A stretch of 64,000 bases of DNA from Amphiscolops sp. MND2022 (taxonomy: Eukaryota), in the NCBI GenBank assembly GCA_964187785.1, contig OZ076409.1, positions 82,524,001 through 82,588,000 on the forward strand. Reading direction: 5' to 3'. Positions 40,134 through 51,400 of the stretch are shown one piece after another; the first letter of the stretch is position 1, and every line of letters starts with the position of its first letter. The translations under genes were made by a program, and so were the position numbers. Below the pieces are notes generated by a model. That model saw only the letters and a list, made by a program, of their open reading frames with translations, did not search any database and was not told the origin of the DNA.

Positions 40134-42992
40134 ATGCTTGAATCATTAACATCTAATGCCACTCGGCCAACACTGAACCAACCGCCAGTCGCATCCAATG
40201 CCAAAAGTATTATAATGCTTGGGTTGAATATACAGTCATTGAGATGCCATCGTGACGAACTCTTAGTTGAGTTAGATAGTTTTAACTCTAAACCATCAGT
40301 CATAGCGTTGACAGAAACGTGGCTCACTGAAAATGATAATACCTCGATGTTGAATTTAGACGGATATCAACCCATCGAATCCAAAGTAAGAACTACGGGA
40401 CAACTGAGAGGGGGTGTATGCTTTTACGTTAAAGAAGGACTAACATACAAACCAATTGAATATGAAACGGGAATCGAATGCGCAATCATCAATGTATGTA
40501 TTGACATTGAAACATTTCGAAACTTTTGCGTAGTATACCGACCAGATAGCAAAAAGCTGAAAACTTTTATGCCAGAATTCGAGGATCTTTTGAACTTTTT
40601 GCGTACATTAAAGCATGATACAGTCATTTTTGGCGATTTTAATATTGACACAATTAAGGAATCGAAGTTTAAAACCGTATATGAAAATGTTTTGAGGGCA
40701 TATGACTTTGAGCGTCAAAATTCAGAACCAACTAGAGTAACACCAACCACAGCAACCTGTTTGGACCATATAATAACGAGTTACCCAATAAATACTATGA
40801 CCATCAGTACGACAATAAGCGATCACTTTACTGTAATTGGAGAAATTCCCGTTTCATCCATAGCAGAGCAACAAAAACCAAATGTTCTCACTAGAAATTT
40901 GAAAAATCTAAAAGGGGATAAGGCGTTGAACTTCCTGTTTTTGCTCGATCAGAAATTACAGAAACTATTGACCTCAAATGAACTTAACATGGAAAGCATT
41001 GCAAAAACTATCATGCTATGTGTTGATAGATTTGCGCCGGAGAAACAATATAACCCAAAATGTAATTCGAATGAATGGATTAATAATAGAGTGAAAAACG
41101 CCATTATTAAACGAAATAAATTGTTTAAATTGTGGATCAGCGATAATAATACTCATAATAGAGAACAATACAATATGCAAAGGAATATTGTCACCAAACT
41201 CATTAAACAAGCAAAGCGTGAGGCGAACTTCCAAAAATTAGGAGAGAATCCAAGTAGTAAAATACTGTACAGAACTTTGAAATGTCATACAAGAACAGGT
41301 GAAGAAAACTCAATAGTTCCTGATCCCGATATCTTGAATAAATTCTTTACCAATGTAGGGCAATTCCTAGCTGCGAATGTACCCCCTACTAAGCGTACGT
41401 TTAGAACGGAGAGGTCGGCAAAGTCCATGGTAATATGCGGAACTGATGATCTTGAAGTAGCAAAAATAATTAAATTGATGAAAAACAAAAAAAGCTCAGG
41501 TCACGATGGCATTAGCAACGAGATATTGAAATGTTGTTCACCAATCATAGAGAAATACCTTGCTATTGCATTCAATGACTGTATATGTCAGCGAAAATTT
41601 CCAGATACTTTGAAACTAGCAAAGGTGATTCCTTTATATAAAAAGGGTGACCGGAAAAACCCGGAAAATTATAGACCAATTAGTTTACTAAGCTCCTTAA
41701 GCAAAGTTTTTGAGAAACTTCTCCACAAAAGAATGATTAACTTCGTAAATAAGAACAAACTTTTGTCTCCAGAACAATTTGGTTTTCGGTCAAAACATTC
41801 TTGCGTACACGCAATAAGTACTTTGACGGAATATATGAGAAATGAAATTGACAGAAAACGTACTGGCCAAGCGTGTTTCATAGATTTGCAAAAAGCATTT
41901 GATTCATTAAATCATGAAATCCTACTGGAAAAATTGTTCAATTACGGCTTCCGAGGACCGATACTTGAAATTCTAGTCGACTATTTGAGAAATAGATGTC
42001 AATATGTTTCATCTCATTGCAAGAAAAGTTGCAAATTGCCGATAACAACCGGTGTGCCGCAAGGATCCATATTGGGACCACTCTTATTCCTAATTTATGT
42101 TAATGACTTACCTGCATTTTGTAAAAATGAAAACAAAATTGCCATGTTTGCTGATGACACTTCTATACTGAAATCTTCAGAAAGGAACAACCTTAATCTT
42201 CAAGATGATTTGGATAGAGTGATTGACTGGTTTTCATTCAACAAACTAAGTGTTAACACTTCAAAATGTGAAAGCATGCACTTTGGCTGCGGCATATCGA
42301 AACATCTTACTATTTTGAATGAAAACGTGGGTATGAAAACGCATTGCAAATATCTTGGACTTTACATTGATTCTAAATTGACTTTTAGAGAACACATCAA
42401 ATATGTATCGAAGAAATTGAACAAGTTTTGCGGATTAATATATCGCATACGAGATTTGTACCCGATTAAATGCCTACTTACGTTTTACGAATCTTACGCA
42501 AAATCAGTAATTACTTATGGGTTATTAGTTTATGGTAATGCCTGCAAATCCAATCTTGAAGAAATTGAAATGGCTCAACGTAGAATAATCAGAGCTATTT
42601 TTTTCCGAAAAAAGTATGACAGCATTAAAGACATTTTTGAAAGGAAACAAATTTTAACTGTGTTTGAATTGTATGTCAATGAAATTTTTCGCGAAGTTTT
42701 CTACCAATTACGGTCCGAATCGCCGGTCATTTTTTTGAATAAGGGATTTGTAAATAAATATGACACACGAAGCGCTCGTAAAGGACATTTACAAACAAGC
42801 TACTGCAGAACGGTTGCAAAATCAAAATCGATACAGAATGTGTTGACTAAAGGACATAACTGGCTGAAAACATTCAACTTAATTCCTGAAAATCTAACAA
42901 AAATGACTAGCAAGCAAGCTGCAAGCTATCTCAGGGTTTTAAGAGATTTGTATATAGCGGGTGATAGTAATATAGTTTCTATTTTCTTCTAA
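40134..42992 (+). CDS. LINE ORF2: apurinic-like endonuclease plus reverse transcriptase
   Basis: ALTETWL, GDFN, LDH, SDH (APE) and NYRPISLL, IDLQKAFD, GVPQGSILGP, FADD, KYLG (RT). Frame is open from 40080; first ATG at 40134. Confidence 0.96.
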   Translation: MLESLTSNATRPTLNQPPVASNAKSIIMLGLNIQSLRCHRDELLVELDSFNSKPSVIALTETWLTENDNTSMLNLDGYQPIESKVRTTGQLRGGVCFYVKEGLTYKPIEYETGIECAIINVCIDIETFRNFCVVYRPDSKKLKTFMPEFEDLLNFLRTLKHDTVIFGDFNIDTIKESKFKTVYENVLRAYDFERQNSEPTRVTPTTATCLDHIITSYPINTMTISTTISDHFTVIGEIPVSSIAEQQKPNVLTRNLKNLKGDKALNFLFLLDQKLQKLLTSNELNMESIAKTIMLCVDRFAPEKQYNPKCNSNEWINNRVKNAIIKRNKLFKLWISDNNTHNREQYNMQRNIVTKLIKQAKREANFQKLGENPSSKILYRTLKCHTRTGEENSIVPDPDILNKFFTNVGQFLAANVPPTKRTFRTERSAKSMVICGTDDLEVAKIIKLMKNKKSSGHDGISNEILKCCSPIIEKYLAIAFNDCICQRKFPDTLKLAKVIPLYKKGDRKNPENYRPISLLSSLSKVFEKLLHKRMINFVNKNKLLSPEQFGFRSKHSCVHAISTLTEYMRNEIDRKRTGQACFIDLQKAFDSLNHEILLEKLFNYGFRGPILEILVDYLRNRCQYVSSHCKKSCKLPITTGVPQGSILGPLLFLIYVNDLPAFCKNENKIAMFADDTSILKSSERNNLNLQDDLDRVIDWFSFNKLSVNTSKCESMHFGCGISKHLTILNENVGMKTHCKYLGLYIDSKLTFREHIKYVSKKLNKFCGLIYRIRDLYPIKCLLTFYESYAKSVITYGLLVYGNACKSNLEEIEMAQRRIIRAIFFRKKYDSIKDIFERKQILTVFELYVNEIFREVFYQLRSESPVIFLNKGFVNKYDTRSARKGHLQTSYCRTVAKSKSIQNVLTKGHNWLKTFNLIPENLTKMTSKQAASYLRVLRDLYIAGDSNIVSIFF

Positions 42993-44524
42993 ATAATAAA
43001 AATCAACTATTTCACAAAGAAGGCAAATATCTTTCGCATTTTTGTTCGGCATTGCCTTTGGCTATGGATGGTTCTGGAGGGCAGAGGCTTGAAGAGTTAA
43101 TCAGCTCATCTTCTGTCCCTTTTGAGTATGGATAATTTTGTTTTTGTTTTCAATGATGATATTTGCTATACTCAAATAAATAAACTTTCTCTTCTCTCTT
43201 CTCTTTGATACAGAATAGAAGCTTCAGCATTACGTTCTTTTCATACTTATTTGTGAGATACAACAGAGGTTTTTTTAACGAGACTCAAAAATTGTCACGA
43301 AACAGGACCGACCCACAGTGGACTTGTTTTTGCTAGTGGCAAGACACGGTCCACTTCCAAAAGTTGAAATACAAATTTCAATCCGTTTAGTCAACTAATG
43401 AATAGTTTCACTCATTGGTGCGGCTATCATTAGGACTTCTGTTGTTTGGTTGTTTTTCTGCAATAGGTGTTTTTAGTATGATCATCGTTTGTCGGAAAAA
43501 TTATGAATCGATTCAAAATTTTCAACGTTTAATTTCGATTTAATGAACATGAAAACTGGCAACATCTGGTAACCGAAATAACATGTAGTACTTAATTACA
43601 TGTCAATAAATTTCTACTAGGAAATTGTTTGTTTTTTTGCCAAAATCTGCTGACAAAAGTTCTCAAAAAACTTTTTCTCGAACAGTCCCATGGTGTCTTT
43701 GTTTCACCTGATCAGTAAACTTTAATAACTTGTTTTGTGGTTGTAAATAAAAGTTCACTATATAGTTTATGCAAAAAATGCCAAAAAATTCATGTTTGTG
43801 AGTGCCACGGAAATAAATCAAAATTCAGCAAATTGTACAAGCTTCTTTTATATTTTTGTACATATGATTTATGTGCTTTGAACGTCTTGAATTTTTCACG
43901 CACTTGATTGAAAAAAAAACACATCTGGCAGTCATTTTTCAATAAACCTACGACTTTCATAGTGAAAATATGCGGAGAAAACTCAATTTGAGTAGATTAA
44001 AATTTTATGAAATCCTAGAGTAGCTTTTTTCCCTCATGAAAGCTTCTGGAGAAATTTTAAATTGAAGTTTTCTTCTATCAATCGATATAATTGGCAAGAA
44101 TAAAGGAAAGAAGTTTTTTAGCAGCTGAATGTTGCTTAAAAGATGGAAAGAAAAACAAGTCAAATACGTCGAAATAGACAAGTATTTCTGTGCAGCTCCA
44201 GAAAAGACTCTTACCTTTCGTGTCAGGTTTTGTCACAACAAATTTCAGCTTTGACGATCGTCGAAAAAAAAAGAAACAAATGATGACTTGCCACTTGTAG
44301 AGTTTTTTCGTACTCCCCGAGAAATCGAAAAAAATGAGTAAAACGTTCAATTTTTCAAAATAATATTATAACAATAATAACACCATAATAACACCAATAA
44401 TATAATAATAACACCATATGGTGTCAGGTGGGTATTAAAATTATTCTAAAAGAATAGACCTGCATTATTTATTGAGACATTTATTCAATTAACACTGTTC
44501 ACACTTTTAATCTGTTGGTCATTT

Positions 44525-46229
44525 TTTAGTCGGCGCATTTTAGTAGAAAATGTTCCCGACTGTTACAGTGGGTAGTTTTTTTGAGGCTTCGAGCGAGCGA
44601 AGCGGAGCGACGAAGTCTCTATTGTTCCGCGTTTACTAGCGTTTTGGTTTTTTTTCGCGTGACATACCCTCTGCATTTGTATTAATTGAAGGCTATTTTC
44701 TCAGAGCCTATTTTTCCGCGACCATCCAAACTTTCCAAAAAGAAACGCAACTTGATGCTCTTTCTAACCGTGTAAAAACTTTCTGAAATTTTTCCACCGG
44801 CGCGATTTTATTAGCTTCGAAAGCGCGAAATTTTCGAAAATTTTTAGGGTTTTTGTCGATTTTGCTATTTTTCTTTTCGCAAACCACAGCGAATTGGCCC
44901 GATGTAGGTACTAACCGACGTAAAACGATGTTTTCTTTAATTTGGTGAAAGTTTTTTTATCCTAGAATTATTGGGCTTTGCTAAAATGACCATTAAAAAT
45001 AGGAAAAATTTTCGGTTTTTTTGCGTAAAAAATTTCTCAACCTATTTTCAAGTAGCAATCAGTTCTAATCCAAGCAGTGGTGTTTCTACTCGATAACAGG
45101 TCTGCTTAGCTGCCCAAAGTTAGAAATTGGAAAGTCACAACGTTTACGTCGGACAGATAGAGACAAAAAAGTTTTCAAATTTTTTGAATTTTTGATAAAT
45201 TGCTCTCTTTATTCAATTTTGTAAAAGTTTTGGCCTATTTTCTCGGAGCCTAATACTTCGAGACCATCCAAAAACTCAACAAATTGTTGGAACTGAATTT
45301 GTTGGTGAAGATTTGAATGTTGTTGGATTTTCGGGCAGTGAGAAAATAGCGATTCAATATCGAAAATTTTTTTGGAACATAATTTTTTTTCGAATATTTT
45401 GGAGCTTTCACTAATTTTGCTCATTTCTACATTACAAACAACGTCGACCCGGCATAAAATACGTCCTATCCGACTTCTTTCACATATTTAAAGTTTCATT
45501 GTGCTACATTTTTTGGTGGTTGAGAAAATGGCGATTGAAATTCTGAAAATTTACGTTTTTTCCCAATTTTTTCCTTTTCAATTCTTTTCAATTTCATTGT
45601 ATTTTGAGCATTCTCGTGCCATATATAACCTTAGCTATTCGTCATAGCTAATAACTTGTTAATATGGTTCAAATGCACATGATGATAGTCAATTATGGCT
45701 GCGGGACCTGTCGCTCGAAGCCGTGCGCAATTTCCCTTGCGCCTATGTTTTTTTTTAGACACGAAAGGTCCACTTTTTTGTTCATTTGTTCAACAACCTC
45801 AAACTTCAACAACTTCAAACCTCAACAACTCCAACCTCAGAAGCGCGTCCAAAACGAAAAGAAAAAACAAAACAGACGTCCACAACCTCGAAAACACACC
45901 TTAGCCCCACTTTTTTTCAGCACTATTTTTGAAGTTTTTTGGATTGCACCAGAGGGTCCCCCCTTCATTTGTTTCGATATTTTGCAACACAATGGATGTC
46001 AAAAAATTGCAAAGGGTCCCCCCTTTTACATTTTTCGGCACTGTGACACTGTTCAAAAATCTCATTCAAAAAAATTTTTTTGGGAAATTTTTTCATGTCT
46101 CCAAAGGGTCCCCCCTTCGATTTTTTTCAAATTTTTTGCAACCAGCTGGAGTTTCACAAAGCCCGAAGGGTCCCCCTTTTTAATTTTGAGCCTTAGATAT
46201 GGCGCCGACTTTGGCCGTTCTCGGCTTGT
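44525..46229 (+). mobile_element. HINE-like family A element carrying a nested insertion
   Basis: AGTCGGCGC at 44528, GGCGCCGACT at 46201 plus GCCG-TTCT-CGGC and CTTGT. Confidence 0.7.
44581..45749 (+). mobile_element. HINE-like element, family B, nested in family A
   Basis: Subterminal inverted repeat GGCTTCGAGCGA (44585) / TCGCTCGAAGCC (45711), 3' hairpin GCGCAA-TTTCCC-TTGCGC, T-runs on both sides. Confidence 0.7.
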
Positions 46230-46239
46230 ATAATTAATA

Positions 46240-47544
46240 CTATAGCGTTGGACAAATATAATGAGAATAATTATATTTTTTTGAGAAGAACATATCATCT
46301 GTTAGCGAAATCAAATCAAAATTTCCTTTGGTAAAATTTTTCAATGTATTATGGTTTAAGTTGAGGCATATACAAATTTTGTTTACCTGCGCTAAATTCA
46401 GTATAAACATCCGTTTTGTTGAGTTCATTTTAAAAATGAAAAACGTTAACTGTGTACTTGAATTTTTCTATCGAAATGGTTCAAAAAATCCGCGAGAATT
46501 ATGTGAAAGAACAGGCTTTTCATTAGCTACCGTATATCGAAAAATTGGAAGAATTCGCAAGGGAGGAAGCTTGAAGCTTGGAAATAAGAAAAGGAAGAGG
46601 TCGCCCTCAGAAAATTTCTGCATCCCAAAAAAGGCAATTACTCAAATTGCTTTGAGAAATCCTCTTTTTTCAGCCGCAGACGTTAAAAATGGCTTCGAAA
46701 AATCTCACAAACATTCAGTGTCCTCCCGGACATACCATCGGAGACTCTTGAGATCCGGAAAATCGAGAAAAATGCCAACGAAAGTTCCGAATATTTCTCA
46801 ACAGCAAGAGATCAAACGACTGGACTTCTGCAAGCAATTCAATGTTCCAGGATTCTTCGATAATGTTTTCTCAACAGACGAGTCTACCTTCCAGTTGCAT
46901 CGAAATACCATCAACGTTTGGTCATCAAAGAACAGCTCGTATCCTAAGAAAAAGGTCCCGAAATTCTCCCAAAAAATTATGGTCTGGGGTGCTCTGTCGA
47001 AAAAAGGATTTTTCATTCATATCTACCAAAATAATGCGAATGTTAACTCTGAATTGTACCAGGACACCCTTGCCTACTTCATACCTTATGCCAACAAGCT
47101 TTATCCAGACGGTTGGATTCTTGAACAGGACGGCGCGACCCCACATACAGCAGCCAGCACTCGAGATTACCTGTCAGGGCATGGCATTCAACTTGTGCAG
47201 TCGCCACCGAATTCACCCGATCTTTGGACTATTGAGAATGTGTGGCAGATATTCAAGCATGAGATTGAGAAAAAAATCCGAAAAATCTTGACGAACTTTG
47301 ACAATATGCTTGGGATTGTCGCACAATTCTGGATTTAAAGACGAGGAATAAATTGATAGATGCAACTTACGAAAGATTTTCGAAATGTGTCCAAAATGAA
47401 GGAAAACTAGTAAAATATTGACTATGTTTTTATGATACCAATTGTTTCTTCTTAAAGTTGACATAATATATATTTCTTTAATATATTCAGTTTTCGAATA
47501 AAATGTGTTTATTCTATTCTCATTATTTTTGTCCAACGCTATAG
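46240..47544 (+). mobile_element. Tc1-family DNA transposon
   Basis: 30-bp TIRs CTATAGCGTTGGACAAA(T/A)ATAATGAGAATA with one mismatch, flanked by TA on both sides, enclosing a transposase. Confidence 0.95.
46436..47421 (+). pseudogene. Tc1 DD34E transposase with C-terminal frameshift
   Basis: STDES, QDGA and SPDLWTIENVW with exactly 34 residues between D2 and E. The typical C-terminus (KCVQNEGKLVKY*) lies in another frame after the A-run near 47275 and includes a stop. Confidence 0.88.
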
Positions 47545-48411
47545 TATATGCATAACTTATTTTTATCTGCACTGCCCTTTGAATGGAGTATATTGTTTCT
47601 ATATCTATTATTTGAAGGGAATTCAGTATGTTTTTTTACATTGCAATTTTTTTGTTTAAGCTCAGTTGCTTTAGGCTCAATGGAAACTAGTCGCATCATT
47701 TCAACAACTTTTGATATTTTTTTATTTGAGATCCAAATGTACACGGTTGAAAGACTACGTCTTGCCAAATGAACGTCTTGCAAACGGAACAAAAATAATC
47801 GAAATTTTTGATGACACATCTTGCAGGAATGTGAAAGTCATATTGTGGAATCTCAAAGTGTTACAGTAGCACATGCAATGTCGATCACAATTTGCGAAAG
47901 AGATTGACAACTCAAAAATTCAAAAAGATATCTCCCACATTCTTAATTGTATGTCAATATCATCAAGCAACTTATTCTCATCCGTTACTTGACGATTAAT
48001 TTGATACACTTGAAGAATTCCCAAAAATGTGTTCGATTCAACTTGATTTCATTGGGTTTTCTGCCGTTTTGGTTGATTTGTTTGCTTCAATCTGAATATT
48101 GAAAATTTACGGTCTAAATTCCCAACACGCAAAGCTTGTACATTCTGCTAAAACCATGCAGGTCCTATCTTGTCAGAAATATTTCCTGGATATCCCAGAT
48201 TTCAAGTATCTTGTGGGAATCTTGCGTTGACAATCCAACATCACATGGAAATGCAAACACGTGTTTCAGGGTCTGACGGAAATCTCCCTCGAAAAGCCGA
48301 GAACTTATGGAAACGTTTTTACAGATTTTGTTTCTTTTACTTTATGTGAAATAATTTTGACATGCAGTTGACCCAAAACGAATTAAATTTCAAGAACTGA
48401 AAAGTCTGTCC

Positions 48412-51400
48412 TGTGAGAGCTTAGCTGCTTATAACCCCGTAACAGCTAGCTACAACTACTGGAGTTGCGGAAGAGATTCTAGGGCCAGACAATACTGTAT
48501 TCTGGATTAGTATTCTAGATTATTCTAGATTCTAGATTAGATTAGATGCGGCAAATGGTCGCCTTAATTTTTAGAAGAGATACAGTTTAGTTTGTAAACA
48601 ACTTGTTCAATTTAATTGTTTCAAACTGCTCTTTTTTGATTGAGGTTGTTCGCGGTGACTCTCTCACTTCCCTCCAACTATTTTGAAAGGTACTCCTTCA
48701 ACATTAACGGTTGTAAGGAATTTATAACAAGTATCAACGAAATTAATGTATAAGAAGACGTATGTATACTGCAACAAAAAGGGGTATTAGTTTAATAGCA
48801 GGTTTGGTGTGGGAATGTTTTAAATTATGTTCTGCACATTCAGAGTTACAAGTTTTGTTTGCGTGCTCAATTGTCTGCTTTTTTGGATTGGGGGACGTCA
48901 ATTCTCGATATAATAATGTTTTGACCAAAGAAGTCAGTTTTTGGCCTATACCTCTCTCATCTTCGTAGTTCTCTTTGGTCTGTTTGTACTGTGTCGCGGC
49001 GTGGTGGTATATTGTTTTCGATGTAATATTGTTTGAGTTTTATGGTTGTTTCTTCTTTAGGCAATTCATCCTCGTCTGAGTGTGATAGTTCCACAGTTGA
49101 TGTTATTGTCGGCGGGTTTTTGTTTTTGATCTTCTTTGCTTACCTTTGCTTTTTCCGGGCTTGTTCTTTTAGTTTTGTTATTGCTGGGGCTTTCTTTTTG
49201 TTTTTGTTTATTTCTTCAGCTTGTGTAGTTGTTGCTGGTTCTTGTTCGTTATTTGTTTCCACGTTGAGTGGTTCTTCTTGTTGTGGTGGTTCTGGCAATC
49301 CGTTGTTTTCTTGTAAATCGTGCGGAGTTGGCAACTCAGTCTGCTTTGTCATTGTGACCAGTTCTGCCGTTGCTTTTCGATTTGCTTCTAGTCGTCTGTC
49401 TGCCTCTCGTGAGCTGCATGGTTGGTCATCTGTGTTTAGTGGTATTCCAATATCCCGTTTGGAAATATATGATTTGTTTGTTTGTTCCAGTTGGCAAGAA
49501 TGTTATGGTGTGTTGTGATTGATCCATTAACACACCCTTTCGTTTTTTGTATGCCCTTTCTAATTTGCTTCCTCTGACTCGTTCGCGCACGAGAATTGTT
49601 GAGTTTTGTCCAGAGTCAAAATCCGACGTTGTGAGTTTTACTTGTGCTGTTTCTGAAATAGGTTGTTTTTGAAATATTATTAGTTTTTTGATGGTATTTG
49701 GTTCTATTCCCACGTATTTTTCGTATGGGGAATTTTCGTTTCTGGTTGGGTACATTCTCAGAGCAAATAAGATTTCTGATAAGCCTGAATTATCTCTTTT
49801 TGAGATATTTTGTTTAATTGTTCTAAACCTTTCGTTTATAGTTCTAATTAAACGTTCAATCTTACCATTTTCCCGATAGTCTCTTATTGGATATTCGATG
49901 TGTTTAATTATTCTACTATTTCAAAAAGCTTTAACCCGTTTACTGCGGAAAATCGTTGCTGGATTGGTGCGAATGATTTGCGGGATACCAAACCTAACTA
50001 TGTTTTTAGAAACTTTATTACTTACTCGGGAGTTGGTTTTCTTAAAAACGTAGCTTCAGGCCATCCTGACAAATGATTTAAGGACTTTAGTAAGTATTGT
50101 TCAGCTTTTGGTGCATTTTTAAAGGGGCCGGCGAAATCAATCGCTATTTCTCGATTGAATTCTTCTGGTTTTGATAGTTTTCCAAATTGTTTTTGAGTTA
50201 GCAAACGTTGTAATTTTTTACCCGATTCTTGGCACTGGGGGCATGTTTTTGCTAGAATGACGACTTCCCTGTGTAAGCGGGGTCACCCAACGTTCGATAC
50301 TGTTGCGAGCATCGTATCTCTTCCGGGGTCCGCAATGTAATGAGCGAATGATAATGGAAAGTAACGCTTTGGGGATGATGAGTCGTTCGTCCATATACGT
50401 AAATTCATTAGTGTCTAGGCTTAGACAACGGAGTTTCTCTCTCCAACGGGTAGGAAGCCAATTGATTTTGATGCTGTCTGGTTTCTTGATTAGGATGATT
50501 ACTTTTTGGAGAAATTCGTCGTTTTCGTATTGCGACGCGAATGTAAAGTTGCCCAATGTTTGAAGGACTTCGATTTGATTGACCGTGTAGCACACCGGCG
50601 TTTTGATACGCGGTTGATTTGAGGCGTAAAGAAATTCTTCCCACATCGTTGCGTTCTCGCTGAATTGTTCTGCCTCACTGACTTGGGTTGTTTTAATGAC
50701 TGTAGCGATCTCTTTAGGTGGCTGTTTCTTTACGCTTGCTAGTTTGCTCTCACTTGCCAACTATTCGCGGGCGTTCGCTTCGTTGTCCGCCTTCACTCCT
50801 TCTGCTATTGGCTGATTGCGTGCGGCTTGCTTTTCTAAAACGCATGTTTTACAGTTCGTTATATCATTAACTGTGAAACAGTTTTTCCACATTTCTTCAG
50901 CTTTAATTTTGTGATTGTTGCTTTTATTTTCAGAAGGATGTCTAAATAGGTAGTCAGCTATCCCCATCGTTCGACCTGGTGCATGTGTAACTGTGAAGTG
51001 AAAAGATAAAAGGCGATCTACCCATCTAGTTAATCTCGAGGAAAATGTTTTATGTGATCTATTTCCTTTTAAATTGCTGTTAGTGCTTTATGGTCAGAAA
51101 CTACTTCGAATTCTGTGCCATATACGAAATGTGTAAAGTTTTCAATAGACCAAACAACTACTAATAGCTCTAATTCGTTTATGGAGTACTTATGTTCGAA
51201 ATCTGTTAAAAATCTAGATGCATAATGGATTGTTTCCAATTCTTCCCTTGTCGTTGTTGTAGTACTGCACCTAGGCCTTTTTTGCTTGCATCGCAAATTG
51301 TTGTCGTTGGTACATCTCTTTGGAAATATTTCATCTATGTTATTTGCTTAATGGCTGCTTTGATTTGCATAAATGCGTCTTCATGTTCATTACTCCAGCT

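Larger units (their letters stand above)
39075..43202 (+). mobile_element. Full-length non-LTR retrotransposon (CR1/L2 group, Crack-like)
   Basis: ORF1 plus an APE-RT ORF2, 3'UTR stem-loops, AATAAATAAA followed by a CT-rich (CTCTT-like) tail. Candidate TSD CTTTGA at 39069-39074 and 43203-43208. Confidence 0.9.

Noticed and set aside
45664..46233. 189-aa ORF, and similar ORFs ending RYGADxGRSRLV at 7958, 13301, 14146 and 59057
   Set aside because: These are translations of the non-coding HINE-like terminus and low-complexity modules.
49033..49518. 161-aa hydrophobic ORF suggesting an env-like gene
   Set aside because: It is the antisense shadow of the K/E/Q-rich tail downstream of the Gypsy 2 integrase.
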